Assembly: GCA_025603075.1 (NCBI GenBank)
Contig: MU626454.1
Location: 1-36,150 of the forward strand
From: Neoconidiobolus thromboides FSU 785
Taxonomy: Eukaryota; Fungi; Entomophthoromycota
Length of the DNA: 36,150 nucleotides
Reading direction: 5' to 3'
Part shown: positions 1-11,139 of the stretch, piece after piece
Layout: the number at the start of each line of letters is the position of its first letter
Numbering within the stretch: position 1 is the stretch's first letter
Notes under the pieces: generated by a model
Seen by the model: only the letters and a program-made list of their open reading frames with translations
The model's database searches: none
Told to the model about the DNA's origin: nothing
Program-made: the position numbers and the translations under genes

Positions 1-569
1 AAATATTTACTATATATCATTCTTCTACTTTTATTTAATATATATATTATCTGATGAATATTTACTATCATTGTTTTTTTTATTAAATCTTGATGAAATA
101 GTCCAATCATTTAGTAAATATTGTATAATAGTTTCAATTTACTTATCTTTAATTTTTTTTGTATTTTTAATAATAGGTTGTAACCTTGATATTTTATTAC
201 TATTGTTACCTATTTTTGAATAATTATATTGATTTCTATTTATATTAAGCCCAAGAGTTTTACATTCATCAAAAGAACATACTGAAGCTATAGTTGATAA
301 TAACGCTACTAGCTGATTTTTATTTCCTGTTTCCCTTAAAGCACTAACTTTATACATTGCTTGTTAAGTTTATTATTATTGATAGTAAACTTTGATAATA
401 TATATTTTCTTTGTTTTGTTTTATTATAAAACTCCATAAACCCTGGGTTGTTATAAGTAGCTCTTAAAATTGACGTAAATGAATTACAATGTTTATATTG
501 TGTACTCCTCCCTATTGTATTAAAATTTTCAAAAATTCGATTTCGAAGTTCAGTTATGAAAGTTTGCAT
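1..569 (-). pseudogene. Decayed ORF, candidate N-terminal part of a DNA-transposon transposase (runs off the window start)
   Basis: ORFs 336-569 and 139-357 overlap in different frames. The 139-357 frame reads on past TAA/TAG stops: ...QLVALLSTIASVCSFDECKTLGLNINRNQYNYSK...KKIKDK*IETIIQYLLNDWTISSRF...IIYIK*K*KNDI**IF. No introns. The family assignment is from remembered resemblance only. Confidence 0.4.
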
Positions 570-721
570 TCTATTTTTATTTCAAAAATAAAGCCAAATA
601 ACTGTATTTATATAACTATATAATCATATAGTTATATATTATATATCTATTAAATATCCAATAGAAATAACATAAAACATATAGTTAGGAAAATTAGCTA
701 TCTAAGAAAAGGAAACAATTA

Positions 722-820
722 GGGAGTGTTCTTTTTGACTTCATTATTTTTTCCAATTTTTAAGCGCTATTTAAGCAGAAAATCTGTTAGTAAAATTATT
801 AAACACAAAAATATATCTCC
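722..820 (+). mobile_element. MITE family 1, copy A (Sola-like termini)
   Basis: GGGAGTGT...ATATCTCC, flanked by direct repeat ATTA (718-721, 821-824). The internal sequence matches the other copies (TTAAGCGCTATTTAAG...GTTAGTAAAATT). Confidence 0.85.
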
Positions 821-1360
821 ATTAAAATAAGTTTTAAATAAAGAGGTTTAATTTTAAGCGTTTTAGATTCAACTATCACATTAGACAAATTTAAAAATTT
901 AAAATTTGGATTAACTTCTAAATGCTGAAACCAACTAGGGCAACCCCAAATATAGTTCTATCTAAAAAATATATTACCAAATTTAGCAAAGAATCTAAAT
1001 AAATTGACAATTATTATGTAAGCATTATCCTGATCAACTGCGGCATTATTGTAAAACTATTATAAATAGCATCTCATCAATTTAATAGTTTTTTGAAAAT
1101 TAAAAATAGCTATCTAGTTTAAAAATACACTTCTCAAATTCAAAATCAATTTTATAATATTAAATTTAGATTTCAGTATAAAAATAAACTATGTTTAACA
1201 TTAATTTAATAACAAATCACCATAAATATCTTTTTAGATAAAGATGACTATTAACCATCTTTTAAATAAATGAATAAATGACTATTAATGTTTATGTCAA
1301 TATATCTATAATATATTATAGATTCTTATCTTTAGTTAATGAATATAGAAGTGTTTTTGT

Positions 1361-1406
1361 TATATTCTTTATATGGCCTATTTAAAATATAATTCATAAC
1401 ATTAAT
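1361..1406 (+). promoter_or_regulatory. Upstream block conserved between the two secreted-precursor paralogs
   Basis: tatattctttatatggcctatttaaaatataattcataacattaat matches 24269-24313 at 39/46 positions (hand count). Confidence 0.5.
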
Positions 1407-1534
1407 CTATTAAGCTTTACAAATTGTTATATGGGAAGTATATTACATTCTGATCAAAGTAATAGAGATACAATATAAATAGTCAGGTATTTCATAGCAA
1501 TAAAAACATAAAAACATAAACAACCTAATTGACA

Positions 1535-1975
1535 ATGAAATTTTTAAGCTATCTCTTAATCTCTTGCTTCTTCGTTTTTACTGCTACCAGTTTAAACTTG
1601 CACTTCCCTCATTTCCATTCTCATAAACGTGGTAAAGTTACTCAAGTAGGTGCTGATCTGGTAATAGCAGGTTTAGCTTGTGCCACTACTGCTGCTACTT
1701 GGGAAACTCTGGATTTCAATACTCGAGCTCTTGCTATTTCTACTAGTATTGCTACCTGTGCTAAATTAGGTGTTTCAGTATGTGATGTGATCAAAGCTTT
1801 AGACAAAAAGGTAGCGAAACTTGAAAAAGAAAAACAAGAGAAAGCAGCGACAGAACTTATGCAGGCCAACATAAAACTATTGGAAGATGGCCTTAAGTCG
1901 TTAGCATGCACAGTAGAAGGGCAGGCTGATGAAATTCGGAAATTAAACGACCAAATTAAAGCTCTTGGAGCATAG
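1535..1975 (+). CDS. Small secreted precursor protein, paralog 1 (146 aa): signal peptide, His-rich pro region ending KR, hydrophobic Cys hairpin, coiled coil
   Basis: Intronless ORF, true ATG at 1535 (MKFLSYLLISCFFVFTATS-LNLHFPHFHSHKR-GK...). Colinear paralog at 24436-24882. Confidence 0.85.
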   Translation: MKFLSYLLISCFFVFTATSLNLHFPHFHSHKRGKVTQVGADLVIAGLACATTAATWETLDFNTRALAISTSIATCAKLGVSVCDVIKALDKKVAKLEKEKQEKAATELMQANIKLLEDGLKSLACTVEGQADEIRKLNDQIKALGA

Positions 1976-2073
1976 GGCAATAAGTTTATATATAATAAAG
2001 TAATATATAACAAAATTTTTTTAAATTAACATTTCACATGATAAAATTTTACTAAACTATAATAATAACATAT

Positions 2074-2161
2074 GAGGGTGTTTTTTTCTAGCACTTTTCC
2101 ATTTTTTAAGTGCTATTTAAGTAAAAAATGGAAAATTAATGAAATAAAAAAAAACATCCTC
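2074..2161. mobile_element. MITE family 1, copy B (fold-back variant with two left arms)
   Basis: GAGGGTGT...ACATCCTC flanked by ATAT/ATAT. The reverse complement of the right half matches the family left arm. Confidence 0.85.
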
Positions 2162-2167
2162 ATATAA

Positions 2168-2390
2168 TCATTCCTCTTTGATGAGTTGATCAATCAAGTC
2201 AAACACTTCTCAAGTTGACTGCGGGCTACTGTTTGGACTGCTGTAGTACAATAACATGTAAAATCAATTTATGAAATTAAAACTGTTCTATATTGTTTAC
2301 TCTATAATATAATATATATAACACCATTATTAAAACAGCTAAATTATTATTCAGGTATTTATATAATTATTATGTGGTTGCTTTTTCTAG
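2168..2390 (-). pseudogene. Decayed 3' exon of an S10 carboxypeptidase (duplicate of 24989-25221)
   Basis: Minus strand gives LEKA...NNNLA...ILHVIVLQ/AVQTVARSQLEK/VFDLIDQLIKEE* with two frameshifts, versus intact LEKA...NNELA...ILHAIVLQAGHRVGHDQPERALDLIDQFIKE*. Shared DNA gtacaata[a/g]catgtaaaatc. Confidence 0.8.
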
Positions 2391-3173
2391 CTTAACCAAA
2401 ACAAAGAAATAAAACAGTAAAAAACTAGTTTATTGTACTTAAGATAATTCTACAAAGTAAAAGTTAACTTTATTGTGTCTTTTGTCATCACTAATAGTAA
2501 CACTTCATAGACCTTTTCATAGGTGGGTTTGGTTAGAAGCATTGGTGTTTATAAAGTTATATAAAAACTTAAATACTATTTCATGGTAAGGAATCAACTA
2601 ACCGTTATATCCTAAAAAATTACTTTCCAAATTAATCTATACAAATGATCCTGTCCAATAATTTTTTGCAATTTTCGTATCAATATAAGACTGTAAAGGA
2701 GAGAATTAATTATAGACCAACCCTTTATTGGTCTCAACTGGTCTCCTGCCTCTAAAGCCTTTGACGTGAACTCTTTTTTAGTCTTTCCCTACTATTCCTT
2801 TGGTCCTTCTTCCTAGAATTTTTTGCCTTGAGTTAGCTATACAATCCTATTGAATGCGATACAAAAAATTATAGGCTAATCCAATTCAACTGAAACTTAG
2901 GCCTTAAAGTATAATTTTTATTTTTTGAATAGTATAATCTTTTCAAAAAGTTAACAGTTTTAGAGGATAAAAGGTATTTATGAATAAGTCATCTAAACTT
3001 TATAATATACATAAATTTGAGCCTTAATGAAATAAAATAAATGTTTAAAGGTATTTATATCTATCTTTCAAATAATAGACAGTCAAAAAACTTAATTTAA
3101 TATCACTTGTAAGTAAAAAAATGATTAAAGTGGTATTTTAGTGGTATTTATGATTTTCTTTTAATAAAGTAAT

Positions 3174-3721
3174 TTAAAGTTCACCACAATCGGCAATAAC
3201 AACCTTGGCAGATGTTTTTCCACTGTCAGATCCGTAGCTTTCAACTTTCTTGACAACATCCATACCTTCAACAACTGATCCAAATACAACGTGCTTGCCG
3301 TCTAACCAATCGGTTTTAATGGTACAGAGGAAGAATTGAGATCCGTTAGTGTGTGGTCCAGCATTAGCCATAGAAAGAATACCAGGTCCTACAATATATT
3401 GAGCATTATTATTACAAATTATAGTTTAAATAGCAACTTACCAGTATGTTTAAGAGTGAAGTTTTCATCCTTAAATTTTTCCCCATAGATAGATTTACCA
3501 CCAGTACCATTATGGTTGGTGAAGTCACCACCTTGGCACATGAAGTTTGGAATGACACGGTGGAAAGAAGAGCCTTTATAACCATAGCCCTTTTCACCAG
3601 TACATAACGCACGGAAGTTTTCAGCAGTATCTGGAACAACATCTTTACGGAGCTCCATAACAATACGGCCTAATGATTCATTGTTGGCGGTAATATCAAA
3701 AAATACTTTTGGGTTAGCCAT
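3174..3721 (-). CDS. CPR1: Cyclophilin A-type peptidyl-prolyl isomerase
   Basis: [11 protein letters not shown]...[16 protein letters not shown]...HTG|[19 protein letters not shown]. Exons 3721-3442 and 3388-3174. Confidence 0.97.
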
Positions 3722-4513
3722 TGTTTATAAAATTATAATAAAAAGCAAAAATAAATTTTATTATTATTCTATTTATTTATTCCCATTTTCCTAAAGGCGT
3801 CGTCATCTATTTCTAATAAACCCTAGTTTAGCTCATTTTAATTGGTCTTTTATTTGTCATTTATAATTCTTATAGTCCATCCCTTATCTTTATCCTCCTT
3901 ATGTTCTTTGTAAATCATTTGATTGGATTCTCAACCTTTTATTTAAATAAATGATGACCTCATTACTTTTTGATAGGGTTGGGGACTTAATTTTGATACT
4001 CATTTTTAAATTTTTAACAGCATTATCGATTATTTTATATAATAATTAAAGTTGTATTATAAGATAATATTACAATAATTAAAAGTTTCTATGTCCAAAT
4101 CAACAGGCCTGTTTGTTTAGTTGGCTCCTTTCATTTCCAAAAATAGGAGATTGAATTTTAAAGAAATCGCAGAAAAAATCTAAATGATTTTTTACTCAGC
4201 TTTTTAATTTTATTCTTTTTGGTCAATCATAAATCTTTTAATGACGCACTTACTCATCGCTTCAGCTTTTCAAAGTTATTGAGTTGATAAAAATACAAAA
4301 AACAACTCGTAAAGTTTATTTTGTAATATGTTTCATTTTAGTTTTACAATTTTATTATTAATACCTATTATTAAAAATTAAAAATTAACTTTATAGTTAG
4401 ACTATAATAGGCAATATAAAATAATATAAAAATGTGTTTGATAATATAAATTAGTAGAAATTGCTAAACAACTTGTGATAATTAAAAGATAAAATAAAAG
4501 TCTGCTTGTTTTA

Positions 4514-5377
4514 TTATAAACCTTCTTTTTTTTCAAGTTGATTCTTAACAATTTTTTGTACCATTTTATAAATGACTGAATCTTCATTTTCCAAATCATT
4601 AGTTAAATTATTAGCTACTATTTTATGAACATATTTTCCGAGCATATCCACTTCTAAATTTACTTTATCACCAATTTTTTTAGTGGGCATGATCACATGA
4701 GCTTGGGTAAAAGGGATCATCATAATAGTAAACGCATCCTCAAATACATCACATACTGTTAATGAGGTACCATCTAAACATACATATCCTTTCGCTACTA
4801 TATATTTCATATGTTCTTTATCCACTTTAAATTTATACCATATTGAACTTTTTTCTTGGGTTACTTCTATAATCTCTATTGTATCATCAACATGACCCTA
4901 AATAAAGAACAAATTTAATATTTTAATAGTTCGATTTATAACAACTATAATTACCTGTACAAAATGACCGCCAAATCTAGTCACTCCTAACGAGGCACGT
5001 TCTAAGTTTACTTTAGAGTCTACGGATAATTCAACTAAAAATAAATAAGCTGTTAATATTTTTTTAAAATATAATTGACTATAATTATTACTTAAATTGG
5101 TTCTTCTTAGAGTTTCAGGTGCTAAAGTTACTTTGAAAGTGTCTTCGTTGAATTCGGTTACTGTTAAACAGGTACCTAATTTTCATTGTTATTATTAATC
5201 TTATTGAAGTTTTATTTTCTTACCATTCACAGCAATACTATCCCCTAATTTACAATCTTGTAAAATTTCACCTGCGTTGCCAATAGTAAGTGAGTGGGAG
5301 TTACCACCTTCTTCGGTGGTATCCAATACTTTGATATCTAAAATAGTACCTATGTGCTCCACTAACCCTGTAAACAT
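4514..5377 (-). CDS. RIB5: Riboflavin synthase (alpha chain), multi-exon
   Basis: Diagnostic MFTGLVEHIG start, then GDSIAVNG|TCLTV, LAPETLRRTNL, VNLERA, GGHFVQ|GHVD, GYVCLDGTSLTV, VNLEVD. Confidence 0.95.
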
Positions 5378-5663
5378 TTTTGTTTTGCTTTATCTTAAGT
5401 TAAATAAAAAATATGCTTTGAGTTTTTCCAATTTATATAATTTTTCGGATTTATTCTTGAGTTGATTTCTAAGCAATATCTAAATACCTCCTGATATTTT
5501 TTGTTTGTGTTCATTTGCTTATTAATTTCTTGAAAGGTCATGTAATGATAATAATGTACATATGGTAGAATGTAATATAAAATAAACATGATAGCAAATA
5601 TAACAATCAATAAAAAACACAAAAAATATTTAATAAAAGACAAAAATAAAGAGATATAAAATT

Positions 5664-6314
5664 TCATTCTCGATTAAATCTTCTTAGAGCAAACTCTTTA
5701 GAACTTTCTCTTTCCTTTTCATGTTTTGGATCAAAGTCATATTCTATTTTTAAAGCTTTACGGATCTCATCTAATGGTTTATCTAAAAAGGTCAAATCTT
5801 ATAAACTAAATAAATTAAAATGTAATAATTACTTCTCATCCAAGCTGCAACTAATCGGCATGTAGCCTCTAAGCATAATTCTAAATCCAACTCTTGACAT
5901 GCCTATTAAAGCACTATTATTTGAATAAATAAATGAAAGTAGAATTTAATTACCATTATCATTTCAACCAAAGCTTCAATTTGGGTAGGGAAATGTTGGG
6001 CATCCCACTCCTTAATATAACCATTTCTGATTTCTTCTGTAGTTAACTGATAATCTTTATAATGATGATAGTAGCCAAATATTTTATCCAAGGTAAATCT
6101 CTTATGCCTTATGTATACTAAACATTCGTTAGTTAAATCAGTTTTTGAGACACCTTAAAAAATTACTTTGCTCTGCTTCTTCTGGGCTTTTTCTATATGT
6201 TGCAAATATGCTTGCCATGGCAGCGCCTGTATTTTCCATATGTGATGGTACCTCATAAATTTCATAGTTTTCAATAGTTATCTTTGGTTGCACCAAATTC
6301 TTTTTTTCTTTCAT
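5664..6314 (-). CDS. Divergent Skp1-family protein (4 exons, not in the ORF track as one unit)
   Basis: Spliced product includes TLDKIFGYYHHYKD...IKEWDAQHF...ALVEMIM|ACQELDLELCLEATCRLVAAWMR|NKPLDEIRKALKIEYDFDPKHEKE. It parallels Skp1 LKKVIEWCEHHK...WDQKF...[40 protein letters not shown]. Confidence 0.8.
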
Positions 6315-6425
6315 TTTGTATATTAAATAATGAGTATTCTTTAAGGATAAAAATTTTAAAAATTAAAAGCTTTGAATTTTGAATTTGTGCAAATTTATAA
6401 AACTTTAATTTAAACTATTGTTTTG

Positions 6426-8146
6426 ATGTTACAATTATTCGATGAAAGTATAAAGGATAGCAACTTAAAAAAAGCATTAAAACAAAATGGATATATAACT
6501 GCTTCACCTATCCAACAGAAAATATTAAACTTAAACGAAGAAGATAGTAAAAAAGATATATTAATACAAGCAAAAGCTGGTTTAGGAAAGACATTAGCTT
6601 TTTTATTACATTTGGTTCTAAACAGTGAATTTGATGAAAGTGTAATTGGATTGATCATAGCGCCTACTAGAGAAGTTGCGATCCAAACAAGTACAATTTT
6701 CAATGATATAATAAAGATTTATAACCCCAAAATCAATATTCAACATTTTATTGGAGGTAATCCCATTGAGCAAGATATTAAAAATGTCGAAGAATGTAAT
6801 TTTGTGGTTGGTACGCCAGGTAGAATTAAAGCAATCATACAGAAAAAGAGGCAATTTTTCGAAAAGGTGCAATTTTTTTGTCTTGACGAAGCAGACAAAC
6901 TTATGGATAAAATATTTGAAATGGATTTAAGGTAAGGTCTTTGTCATTATTAAGATTTGAGATTTATATATTTCCAAGTTTTATCAAACAGAGCTTGCCC
7001 ACTCAAGTTAAAATGGTCGTTACTTCAGCTACATTTGAAGAGGAAAAACTACAGTTGTTAGAAACTAAATACTTAAAAGAAACGATTTATTTAATGGCTG
7101 ATGGCGAAGATGTAAATTTAAAAGGGATTCAACAACATTATGTCGATCTAAGGGATAAATTGGAAGAAAGATCAATATATGAACAATTGGAATACAAAAT
7201 GCAACACATTGGCAAAATATTAAAAAGTATTAAGTTTTACCAAGCTATTATTTTTTTAAATAAACCTGCTAAGTAAGAGTTTTTTTTATTTAATAGTTAG
7301 TGTGTTCATAGCATTATTTTAGATGTTTAGAATTAGTTAATATGCTAGAAGAAGATAATTGGCCGTGTACTTATATTTGTGGTAAATGAATAGTTCAATG
7401 TAGTATATGGATTAATATTAATTATTACAAAGGTAAATTGACTCAGTCTGAACGTAAATTAGCTATGGATAAAACGCGTAATTTTAATGTGAGAGTATTA
7501 ATCAGTAGTGATTTGGTAATAAAATAATAGCATTATTATAGTTGTATTACTAATTTTATTAACTGAAAGATATCTCGGGGAGTAGATATAGCAAGGGTAG
7601 ATTTAATTATAAATATAGAGTTACCAAAAGACATAGAGACGTATTTACATCGAATTGGTAGAACAGGAAGATTTAATACTAGTGGCATCGTATTAAATTT
7701 AGTTAGTAATCAAAATGAATTTAATAATATTATTAAATTAAAAGAAGAATTTAAAATGGATCTAAATTTAAGTCAATTAAATCAATTAAATCAAATTCAA
7801 AATCAACGTAAACTATTAAGCGTTGATGTGCCCGCATTTTCTTCTCTTTTAACTTATAAATCAAAAAGAAAGGTAGCTTAAAATTACATTAGTTGGTAAA
7901 ATAAGTGCTAATTTTTGCTTTTAGGAACTAAACCATAAGAGTGAGGATAATAATGTAATTAAACAAATAGAATCTAGGAAAAAAGCCAAAAAAGATAACA
8001 TAAACAAAAGCAAAAGTAAAGAAGAAAATAGTAGTGATAGTAATTCTAATGAACATAATAATGAATATAATTACAACGAATACATTTATAACAACTATTA
8101 TTATAATGGAATTTATAATTTTTGGTTACAGCATTTCAATAAATAG
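6426..8146 (+). CDS. DDX20: DEAD-box RNA helicase, DDX20/Gemin3-like
   Basis: Q-motif [47 protein letters not shown]. Ends in a Tyr/Trp/Asn-rich tail ([24 protein letters not shown]). DEAD-box identity is certain; DDX20 orthology is inferred. Confidence 0.75.
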
Positions 8147-8181
8147 AAAAATAAATGAAATAAAAATTCATGAATGTTTAA

Positions 8182-10848
8182 TTAAATATCTTCTTCCTCT
8201 TCTTCATCTTCAAAATCTAATTCTTCATCGTCATCATCACCTTCAATTTGTAATAAAAGATCATTATTACTATTATTAGTTGTTTTAGTTAATTTTGAAT
8301 CCTCCTTTTTAATCGGATCATCTAAAAAGTCTAAATCTAATTCCTGTAAATCATTCTTCCAATAATTCCAGTCATTATAATCAGTATTAAATGTATTATC
8401 TGTAGGTGGGAATATTTGATCAACCAAATCGGTTAGTTTTATATACCTAATAATAACAAAAACATAAGTATTTAAAATAACATAATATAAATAACGTTAT
8501 TACGATGAATTATAACCTATAATTAGCTCATGTTGTATATCACCATTATAATCTATAGTAAATATTCTTGACACTGGTACATGAACTGAGCGGTAAGATA
8601 GAGCATCCTAAAATATAATTGAATAAATACTACAACACTATAATAGTATATACTTACTGTTATACGATTACCAAATCCAGCATAAAAAGCAGTTTGATTA
8701 TTCCCAAATAAAGACAAAATATCTTTTAAACACGCCATTTTAAACAAATGGGGTTTACGTAATACTACTTCTCTATTTAGCCATTAGTAACAATAACAAT
8801 AGTTCAAATAAGGTTAGCATACCTATGAAGTGATTGAAACAAACGATCAGGTGACATAATAACAGGACCATCAGGTAATTGATATTGATTTTGATCAATT
8901 CCCTTCAAATATTCTCTAGTAGAATCGGCCTAAAAAGCATTAGTAAATTATAACTAAAGTTTTCATAATAAATTTACTTGTCCAATAGCTCTTGATGTTA
9001 AATACATCAATTTGTACCCATTTTTTTGAATATCTGTATATAGCTTGGCTACACCTGGATGGGTCCAATCTTTTCCTACCATATTGAAAATGTGACCTAA
9101 CGCATCGGATCTAATATAATGAATATGTATAAGTACATATTAGTAGAGTAATATTATTTATAATTACTTAGTTATAGTTCCATCAATATCCGAAATGACG
9201 ATCATGTCATAATAATTCCATAAAAAGATACGAGAGATACAAGAAGCTTTACCGACAGTAAATTTTACAATGTTAGCACCTGGAAGGAGTCCAATTGTTT
9301 TCTAACTAAAGTTAATAACTATAAAATAATAGCAAATAAAACTTACCAATTGGTCTGAAGTTAATCTTAAAGTTTTTGCAAAGTTGGATCTCTTCGTTCT
9401 AGTTAATTGCTAAAATACCAATAATTAGCATTAGATTATTATTATGCTATTATATTATCAACTTACATTTTTATTTTTAGTTATTTTTTCTTTGATTTCA
9501 AGTGGTGCACTATCTTCATCGTCAGAAGACAATGCTAGATTTTGCGCTGATTTTCTAAACCATGAGGTCCATCTTCTATATGACCCATAACTTGTAGTGC
9601 TATCAGTTTTATGAATGCTAAAGAGTGTATAATTTAATATGATTTAATTATTATTGGCAATTATTTGATAAGTACCTAGATTCTTCATTAAATTTATAAG
9701 TCATCTCTGAGTCAGAATAAGCCATTGAAGCATTCGCTAAAACAAGATCATTATTAATTAAATCTCATTGATATAGTATTCATAATATTTACAATAATGA
9801 TTAGAATACTCTTCTTCATCTGAAAAAGTATTATCTCCATCTGAACGAACTTCTCGGTCATCTTGATTGTGTCGATAACTTTGATTCAAATCTTCGTTTG
9901 ATAAATGGAATTTGTGACTTAACCCTATCTTATTGCTAGTACCACTACCAGATTCGAGCTCACTGCTGTTTAATATATTACTCTTCTTTCCTACAGTTCT
10001 TGTATTATATCCTTTTTTATCTAAGATCAAACCTTCGCCCCCTTCTTGTACTTTGTTATCAACAATTTCACCTAATTTATCTTATTTAGTATTTATTGTT
10101 TAAGTTAATTTTTGTAAATACCGTTTGATAAATGTTTTCCATTATTATTATAATTCTTTAATGGATTTACTAGAACAATTAATTATTATTATTATTATTT
10201 ATATAAACTTACTTTCTAACTCTTTTTCTTCACTTTTTGGCGATTCAGCTATCATTTTTTTAAATAAATATTATATTTATGTTTAGCATACTTACTAAGT
10301 CCATTTGTTAATTGAGATTCTGGTAACGCGAAATAGTCTAGTTCCTAAATTACACTGTTTAATCTTTATCAATTTATTATTATTGTTGTTTACTTCAGTA
10401 TTAGTATCTTCATCATCTGGTGTCATAAGAGGCGAAGTTGCAAACTCAGAAGGTACTGGATCCTTTAAAATAAACAAGCATAAATAAAGAGGATTACAGA
10501 ATTAAAACATAATAAATTACTTCAGTTTCAAAAACAAAAAATGCTTCCCCAGACTCCCCTAACTTCATTCTATAATCTATTTTTTTACCATTAATCTCTA
10601 GTTCTACCTATTGATGATTATGAGTTAGCATTGTATGATATTATTATAAACTATCATTTAGCACTTACAACTTTTTCGTGAGGTCTTAACAATTGTAATA
10701 ACCCAAATCTAACGTGAAATGGAGAACAATGTAAGCTTTCGTCTTCATGTTTTACACAAATGACATCAATAGCTCCCGATAGAGTACTTGGGTTCAATTC
10801 TTTATAAAACTCAGTAACTGTATTAAATAAGGTTCCAACGTATTGCAT
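8182..10848 (-). CDS. PAH1: Lipin / phosphatidate phosphatase Pah1, multi-exon
   Basis: N-LIP domain MQYVG...TLSGAIDVI...[13 protein letters not shown] domain [19 protein letters not shown]...[12 protein letters not shown]...YLTSRAIGQ. Confidence 0.95.
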
Positions 10849-11139
10849 AGTTTAAAAAGTAAAGTTTATAAGACTGAATTTTGTATTATTTAAATAGAAT
10901 TAAAATTATTTTTTCGCTATTCAGTACCGGATAAAATTTATTGCTTTGCTGTTTGATTTTGATTGCCTTTTACAGGCTTTTTAATCCATTTTTTGAGGTA
11001 TAACTTAGTGCTATGAAATTCAAACTCAAAATAAAAGTGCAAAAGTGGCAAAGCCCCTAATTTATGCAATTTTAATATGTAAAGTTAGAGTTTACTAAAA
11101 ATTATATAGCAAAAATTTGAGATTGCCTTTCAATTTATT

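Noticed and set aside
1642-2013. 123-aa antisense ORF
   Set aside because: Shadow of the precursor CDS on the opposite strand; no equivalent ORF is listed for paralog 2.
2071-2164. Tc1/mariner (TA TSD) interpretation of the MITE, suggested by TA-TGAGGG...CCTCA-TA and TA-CGAGGG at 15553
   Set aside because: Copies A, E, G and the 272-bp element are flanked by ATTA, AAAT, AAAT and ATAA duplications; a variable 4-bp TSD explains all intact copies, TA does not.
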